Source: a virus
Lineage: Duplodnaviria; Caudoviricetes
Reading direction: 5' to 3' (one strand)
DNA length: 64,000 nt
IMG/VR virus record: IMGVR_UViG_3300036770_008730
Position numbers and translations under genes: made by a program. The notes under the pieces are model-generated. The model had not been told where the DNA came from. It worked only from the letters and a program-made list of their open reading frames with translations, and did no database searches. Each line of letters begins with the position of its first letter. Positions within the stretch are counted from its first letter, which is position 1. Positions 58,712-64,000 of the stretch are shown in pieces.

Positions 58712-59146
58712 TTATATTTCCCACCAAATACCAGATGTTCCAGTACCCTTGAAATAAAAAAATCTTTTACAGTTACTGTCAGTAGCCCCGATAGGTACAG
58801 ATGTTGTCCCAGTCGATGATGTTCGTAACCTTATTAAATCAGTTCCACCTCCAAGAATTGATACACCTTGTTCGGCATCAACCTCGACTCTTCTGATTGT
58901 AATAGTTGTCCCATTCAATGGTGATGATGGTAGAGTATATGTTCTGGTTGATCCTATACCAATAACAGCATTCATAAATATAATAGGTGTTGTATTGCCG
59001 CTAACACTTGAGCTATGACTAGCCACTGTAAAAACAGATGGCATTCCATTTATACCACCCACTTGAACACCGATTGATGAGAATGTCAATCCTGTCGCGG
59101 TAGACCCAATATATGACTGTGTTAAACCTATATAATGATAAATCAT
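58712..59146 (-). CDS. Short tail-fibre/adhesin-type protein (paralog 3)
   Basis: YTLPSSPLNGTTITIRRV...FFYFKG...WWEI. Confidence 0.6.
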   Translation of the reverse strand: MIYHYIGLTQSYIGSTATGLTFSSIGVQVGGINGMPSVFTVASHSSSVSGNTTPIIFMNAVIGIGSTRTYTLPSSPLNGTTITIRRVEVDAEQGVSILGGGTDLIRLRTSSTGTTSVPIGATDSNCKRFFYFKGTGTSGIWWEI

Positions 59147-59160
59147 AATAAATAATTATT

Positions 59161-60549
59161 TTATGGAACAGGAACAGGGGGTACAGCAGGTAACGCAGTG
59201 ATATAATATAGAACACCTGACCAATTTATAGTTTGACTAGATAAACCAGTGACTTGTAATATTACACTAGTACCGCTTGTTGTTAATGTGAATGTTGGAG
59301 TTCCAGATAGATCCTCATATATTGTTGAGTTAACCCCAACACTAACAAGAGTACCTGATTGATTTCTAAAGACACCCTCCACTCTACCACCAACTGCAGC
59401 AGTAGCACCCGTGCCATACTCACCTATAACATATCCCCAAACCGTATAAGTTGTATTCGTTGATGTGGATATAGAAACTATTGATGTTGGAGTAGCATTT
59501 GTTGTTTGAACAGAGTATGTTAAACCTGAGTTCACCTCGGTTGATAGACCAGTAGATCCACCTCCTCCAGTGGATGGCTGCCAAGTAGCATTACCTATCG
59601 AATCAGACGTTAATACATATCCGGTTGTCGAGCCATTTGTCATTCTAAACCCAGTGGTAGATACTGTACCAATCACATGTAATGAATAGCTTGGGTTTTC
59701 GGTCTTTATACCAATATTATTTGTCGATGAATCGACAAAAAACAAATAGTTTTCAACGCTACCTCTTATTTTAAAATCTGAATTCGAGTCATTTAGATAA
59801 TTGAACTCAGAAATACCATATCCAGTTCTTATGCTATAATTTTCACTTCCCCCAGATGCACTTACTTCAATTCCAGTTGAAATGTTTGATAATCCAGTCA
59901 ACTGTACATTTAATCCATATTTTTGTCCAAACATGCTAGCTGCATTTTGTGCACTAAAATTCATATGAATACCACCGTAAGTTCCAGCTATGACAGAATC
60001 AACTCCGATATTATAGTCTTGAGCTTCCGATACATTTAGATATAATCCTCTATTATTCTGAGCGGTTCCAGAAATTATATAAAAACCACCATAATTAGCA
60101 GTAACCCTATTTGAAGTTCTACTATCTTTAATGGTCGCATAATAACCAACATTTGTTGAACCATTTGACGCACTCGCAGAATAGGCAAATACAGACCCCA
60201 GACTTGTCTCTCCTGTCAAAATTGAATCACCGGTTGTTTCGGATCTTACACCCCAAGTAGTAGAGCTAGTTGATATTTGTCTAACATATAATCTAGTATT
60301 GTTTAATGAACTAGTACCTATTCCAACATTTGAGTCATCTCGTACATGAAACAGTGAATTGTTTGAATTGTTATCTATCTTAAAAGAGAAGTCGGATTGT
60401 GTACCAGAACTTTTTATATGAAACTTAGCGGATGGTGATGAATTATTAACACCTATATCCCCATCATTTCTTAATAGAAATAAGTTTGTGCTAGAAGTTG
60501 CTATCGAAAATGTTCCAATAATTGATAAGTTAGATAATATTCTATTCAT
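59161..60549 (-). CDS. Tail fibre protein
   Basis: Repeated GIGT/GVNNSSP...LHV.G motifs; GFRMTNG...YVLTSD..GNATW block; Pro-rich end. Confidence 0.75.
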   Translation of the reverse strand: MNRILSNLSIIGTFSIATSSTNLFLLRNDGDIGVNNSSPSAKFHIKSSGTQSDFSFKIDNNSNNSLFHVRDDSNVGIGTSSLNNTRLYVRQISTSSTTWGVRSETTGDSILTGETSLGSVFAYSASASNGSTNVGYYATIKDSRTSNRVTANYGGFYIISGTAQNNRGLYLNVSEAQDYNIGVDSVIAGTYGGIHMNFSAQNAASMFGQKYGLNVQLTGLSNISTGIEVSASGGSENYSIRTGYGISEFNYLNDSNSDFKIRGSVENYLFFVDSSTNNIGIKTENPSYSLHVIGTVSTTGFRMTNGSTTGYVLTSDSIGNATWQPSTGGGGSTGLSTEVNSGLTYSVQTTNATPTSIVSISTSTNTTYTVWGYVIGEYGTGATAAVGGRVEGVFRNQSGTLVSVGVNSTIYEDLSGTPTFTLTTSGTSVILQVTGLSSQTINWSGVLYYITALPAVPPVPVP

Positions 60550-60556
60550 ATAATTC

Positions 60557-60565
60557 TATATATTA
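60557..60565 (-). promoter_or_regulatory. Putative phage late promoter TAATATATA (minus strand)
   Basis: Exact motif 7 nt upstream of the ATG at 60549. Confidence 0.5.
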
Positions 60566-60572
60566 TTTTTTA

Positions 60573-60659
60573 TTAATTAAAATTTTTAATAGAATTATCC
60601 TCTTGCGTTGCTATCGAGAAAGTGCCTATAAGAGAGACGTTTGATAATATTCTATTCAT
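60573..60659 (-). pseudogene. 28-aa mini-ORF duplicating the N-terminus of the downstream tail fibre
   Basis: MNRILSNVSLIGTFSIATQEDNSIKNFN* versus MNRILSNLSIIGTFSIAT (16/18 identical). Confidence 0.55.
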
Positions 60660-60697
60660 TTAAGTCGTTTAATTCTTATTATAAATAATAATCAATA

Positions 60698-63600
60698 TTA
60701 TCCTATAATTATTATGCTATATGTTCCAGTTACCGTAACTGAAACATCCACAGTATTGTTTGTTCTATTATTTGCTAAAAATCCAACTAAATCACCAACA
60801 ACATTATCCCAAACACTGATTTGTATAAATTGAGTTTGTAAGTTATGAGTAATTGTTTGTGATACTGATGCGGTTAATCCTATAGTTGTTGAGTATTTTG
60901 TCGCAATATTAATTGATGATGGTGTTGCCCATCTAGCATTTCCACTCGTATCAGAAACCATTATATAATTCGAACCAGCTCCATTAGTCATTCTAAATCC
61001 AGTTGTTGAAACGGTACCAACCACATCAAGTTTATAATTAGGAGAAGAATTATTAACACCAATATTATCGACTGAAGCATCTAGGAAAAACAGGTGTGTT
61101 TGTGTATCTCCTTCTATTCTAAAATCCGCGGTTGAGGAACCACTATCATTAAATACTGATTCTCCGTTTTCAGTTATTATCGAAAAATTCTGAGTAGCAC
61201 CAGAAACGTTTAAGTAAAGACCAATGTTTGATGTTCCAGATGAAGTTATCTGATTATATGATCCATAATTTATATTACCGGACTGAACTACATTGTATAA
61301 TCCATAGTTTGTTCCAGTTCCAGATATCAATTGATACACACCATAATTAGTATTACCGTCACTTATGCTAGAGTTTATACCATAAGCAGTGGTTGACTTT
61401 TGTTGAACTGATATCTGAACTCCGGTTTTTGTTCCCGATGTTGTAGTGAAAACTTGCACTAAGTTACCTGTTGATTGAGATGATGTCAGTCCACCAACTC
61501 TTGCAAACATACCATATTTTGTACCCGTGCCCTCAGATAAGTTATTGATGTATAAACCTCTTGAGTTTGAAGTAGTTGCTGAAGATCCTATGAAAAGTAT
61601 TGCACCATAATCCTCAGCACCTATTGAAGAATGTGCATTACCAATAGAGGCCATCAATCCAACATTATACTTTGCATTCAATACTATACTTCTTAATCCA
61701 ACTGAAAAAGTAGAGCTCGATTGTATTTCTGAATCAACACCATAAATATAATTAGAATTACCAGTATAAATTACTGATTTTACACCGGCAGAATCTTGAC
61801 CATTTGTTACAAACCTATTAGTAATAAGACCACCAGATGAAAATATTTCTCCCTCTACGTCAAGTTTATAACCTGGAGAATTTTTACCTATACCAACTCT
61901 ATCGGTAGAACCGTCTGTGAATAATAGATTTTGATCGGTATCACCTTCTATTCTGAAGTCGTAGTCAAATCCATCATTATTAATTGTTATAGATGATGAT
62001 GCTACGGTTAATCTGTTATAATCAGTAGATGCTATGTGTGTACTATCAAACTTATCTGAATAAACATAAGTTAGAGCGTATCCTAATCCCACAAAACTAT
62101 AAATTGGTGATTGAGATTCATGTCCAACAACTAACCATCCTTTGTCATATGTTGTTGTACCCGTTCTTATTTCTAAGTAATTATTATTAGTATTGTGTAT
62201 TCTATTTCCGGTGAATGACAAATCGGTATTTGCAAAATTAGCTGATGATACCGTAGGAGATAACCAACTTGCTAGTCCACCACCATCACTTGTTAGAATA
62301 TATCCATTTTGTGCACCATTCGTTAATTTTAATTGACTTAGTGTAGCACCTGCTGCTCTAATATTTGAGTAAGATGATATATTAACATTTCCTAAAACAC
62401 TATTACCATCGTTGGTTTGAATAAACGAGAACTCATCGGCTGATTCATCCCAAATAAAACCTTGTGTGGATCCAATACCTCTGTTAATAAAGAATCCAGA
62501 ATCTAAAACAGGTGTACCAGATTGACTTGACGCCAATAGTATGATTGGATCAGAAACAGTCAAATTAGTAGTATTTATAACAGATGCTGATCCAAATACT
62601 GAGAATGTACCACTTACAAATAGATTACCAGAAACATTAAGTGTGGAACCATCAAATGTAAGATTACTTTGAGCTATTGCTTGATTTGTAGATGATCCAG
62701 TAGCTGTCAGAATTCTAAAACTTGCGGGTTGAGAAATAGTATTGAATCCAGTTCCACTAGAACCGGAAGTGCCACTAGAACCAGATGTTCCAGAAGTGCC
62801 ACTAGAACCAGATGTTCCAGAAGTGCCACTAGAACCAGATGTTCCAGAAGTGCCACTAGAACCAGATGTTCCACTAGAACCAGATGTTCCAGAAGTGCCA
62901 CTAGAACCAGATGTTCCACTAGAACCAGATGTTCCAGATGTTCCGCTAGAACCAGATGTTCCAGATGTTCCAGATGTTCCGCTAGAACCAGAAGTCCCAG
63001 AAGTGCCATTGGAACCAGAAGTCCCAGAAGTGCCATTGGAACCAGAAGTCCCAGAAGTGCCATTGGAACCAGAAGTCCCAGAAGTGCCATTGGAACCAGA
63101 TGTTCCAGAAGTACCATTGGAACCAGAAGTCCCAGAAGTGCCATTGGAACCAGATGTTCCACTAGAACCAGATGTTCCAGATGTTCCGCTAGAACCAGAA
63201 GTCCCAGAAGTGCCATTGGAACCAGAAGTCCCAGAAGTGCCATTGGAACCAGATGTTCCAGAAGTACCATTGGATCCGGATGTTCCAGATGTTCCGCTAG
63301 AACCAGATGTTCCAGAAGTGCCATTGGAACCAGAAGTCCCAGAAGTGCCATTAGAACCAGAAGTCCCAGAAGTGCCATTGGAACCAGATGTTCCAGAAGT
63401 ACCATTGGATCCGGATGTTCCAGATGTTCCGCTAGAACCAGATGTTCCAGAAGTGCCATTGGAACCAGAAGTCCCAGAAGTGCCATTAGAACCAGAAGTC
63501 CCAGAAGTGCCATTGGAACCAGATGTTCCGCTAGAACCAGATGTTCCGCTACCAGATGTTCCAGAAGTACCATTGGAACCAGAAGTCCCAGAAGTGCCAT

Positions 63601-64000
63601 TGGAACCAGATGTTCCGCTAGAACCAGATGTTCCGCTACCAGATGTTCCAGAAGTGCCATTGGATCCGGATGTTCCAGATGTTCCACTAGAACCAGATGT
63701 TCCAGAAGTGCCATTAGAACCAGAAGTCCCAGAAGTGCCATTAGAACCAGAAGTCCCAGAAGTGCCATTGGAACCAGATGTTCCGCTAGAACCAGATGTT
63801 CCGCTACCAGATGTTCCAGAAGTACCATTGGAACCAGAAGTCCCAGAAGTGCCATTGGAACCAGATGTTCCGCTAGAACCAGATGTTCCGCTACCAGATG
63901 TTCCAGAAGTGCCATTGGATCCGGATGTTCCAGATGTTCCACTAGAACCAGATGTTCCAGAAGTGCCATTAGAACCAGAAGTCCCAGAAGTGCCATTAGA
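60698..64000 (-). CDS. Long tail fibre with >400-residue Gly-Ser/Thr/Asn collagen-like tract (5'-truncated by window)
   Basis: The frame of track ORF 60698..62563 stays open to the window edge (SNGTSGTSGSNGT...SSGTGFNTISQPASFRILTATG...NVSGNLFVSG); at least 1100 aa; fibre motifs VGIGKNSP..KLDV.G. Confidence 0.8.
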   Translation of the reverse strand, partial: SNGTSGTSGSNGTSGTSGSSGTSGTSGSNGTSGTSGSGTSGSSGTSGSNGTSGTSGSNGTSGTSGSGTSGSSGTSGSNGTSGTSGSNGTSGTSGSNGTSGTSGSSGTSGTSGSNGTSGTSGSGTSGSSGTSGSNGTSGTSGSNGTSGTSGSGTSGSSGTSGSNGTSGTSGSNGTSGTSGSNGTSGTSGSSGTSGTSGSNGTSGTSGSNGTSGTSGSNGTSGTSGSNGTSGTSGSSGTSGTSGSNGTSGTSGSNGTSGTSGSNGTSGTSGSSGTSGTSGSSGTSGSNGTSGTSGSNGTSGTSGSNGTSGTSGSNGTSGTSGSNGTSGTSGSNGTSGTSGSSGTSGTSGTSGSSGTSGTSGSSGTSGSSGTSGTSGSSGTSGSSGTSGTSGSSGTSGTSGSSGTSGTSGSSGTSGSSGTGFNTISQPASFRILTATGSSTNQAIAQSNLTFDGSTLNVSGNLFVSGTFSVFGSASVINTTNLTVSDPIILLASSQSGTPVLDSGFFINRGIGSTQGFIWDESADEFSFIQTNDGNSVLGNVNISSYSNIRAAGATLSQLKLTNGAQNGYILTSDGGGLASWLSPTVSSANFANTDLSFTGNRIHNTNNNYLEIRTGTTTYDKGWLVVGHESQSPIYSFVGLGYALTYVYSDKFDSTHIASTDYNRLTVASSSITINNDGFDYDFRIEGDTDQNLLFTDGSTDRVGIGKNSPGYKLDVEGEIFSSGGLITNRFVTNGQDSAGVKSVIYTGNSNYIYGVDSEIQSSSTFSVGLRSIVLNAKYNVGLMASIGNAHSSIGAEDYGAILFIGSSATTSNSRGLYINNLSEGTGTKYGMFARVGGLTSSQSTGNLVQVFTTTSGTKTGVQISVQQKSTTAYGINSSISDGNTNYGVYQLISGTGTNYGLYNVVQSGNINYGSYNQITSSGTSNIGLYLNVSGATQNFSIITENGESVFNDSGSSTADFRIEGDTQTHLFFLDASVDNIGVNNSSPNYKLDVVGTVSTTGFRMTNGAGSNYIMVSDTSGNARWATPSSINIATKYSTTIGLTASVSQTITHNLQTQFIQISVWDNVVGDLVGFLANNRTNNTVDVSVTVTGTYSIIIIG
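62756..64000 (-). repeat. Coding 9-nt-based tandem array (GTS/GSS/GSN) with 255-nt higher-order period
   Basis: The marker GGATCCGG recurs at 63272, 63407, 63662 and 63917 (spacings 135, 255, 255). Confidence 0.95.

Noticed and set aside
62707-63996. 429-aa ORF (MALLGLLVL...) in the track
   Set aside because: Alternate-frame shadow of the GTS/GSN repeat; the fibre frame is open through the same bases and joins the 60698 gene.
1-64000. Stop-codon reassignment (TAG or TGA recoding), as in some large phages
   Set aside because: Genes of 1000-1700 aa are intact in code 11, and TAG (7214, 19450, 20257) and TGA (12980, 14069) end genes at normal boundaries.
1-64000. Bacterial chromosome or prophage, suggested by rpsU, smpB, clpP, trxA, dnaJ and coaE
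   Set aside because: These genes are scattered singly among virion and phage hypothetical genes, without their usual bacterial operon neighbours; no integrase or att site was seen.
57745-64000. Diversity-generating retroelement acting on the fibre tips
   Set aside because: No reverse transcriptase and no near-identical template/variable repeat pair differing at adenines in this window.

Overview
A 64 kb segment of a very AT-rich jumbo (huge) tailed dsDNA phage genome, read in standard genetic code 11, most likely infecting a Bacteroidota host. Evidence for the host: TTTG-N19/20-TAnnTTTG promoters, a Bacteroidota-type bS21, and no Shine-Dalgarno sites that I could find. The window contains (i) giant virion/baseplate-type proteins with W/F-x-x-G-x repeats, LamG lectin and modular tail-fibre genes, two of which carry long Pro-free Gly-X-Y (GTS/GSS/GSN) tracts; (ii) replication/repair genes: SbcC/gp46 ATPase, TOPRIM primase, NAD-dependent ligase, adenine methyltransferase, T5orf172 nuclease; (iii) a host-takeover set: bS21, S1-like protein, SmpB, ClpP, ECF-type sigma factor, nucleotidyltransferase, DnaJ, thioredoxin, CoaE, M16/M28 peptidases; (iv) protein-modifying enzymes: an Aah/TibC-type O-heptosyltransferase and a GAMT/Rmt2-like methyltransferase. 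Top leads: possible glycosylation of the Ser/Thr-rich fibres; a ribosome-rescue/translation module; seven proteins with a T4-like capsid-targeting leader; a recurrent R-x-x-K-[IL]-x-x-I motif in eight small proteins, including capsid- and sheath-derived fragments; apparently leaderless host-type promoters; and several micro-ORFs below the ORF-track cutoff. All family calls come from motif recognition by eye; no database searches were run. No tRNA, tmRNA, CRISPR array or integrase was seen.
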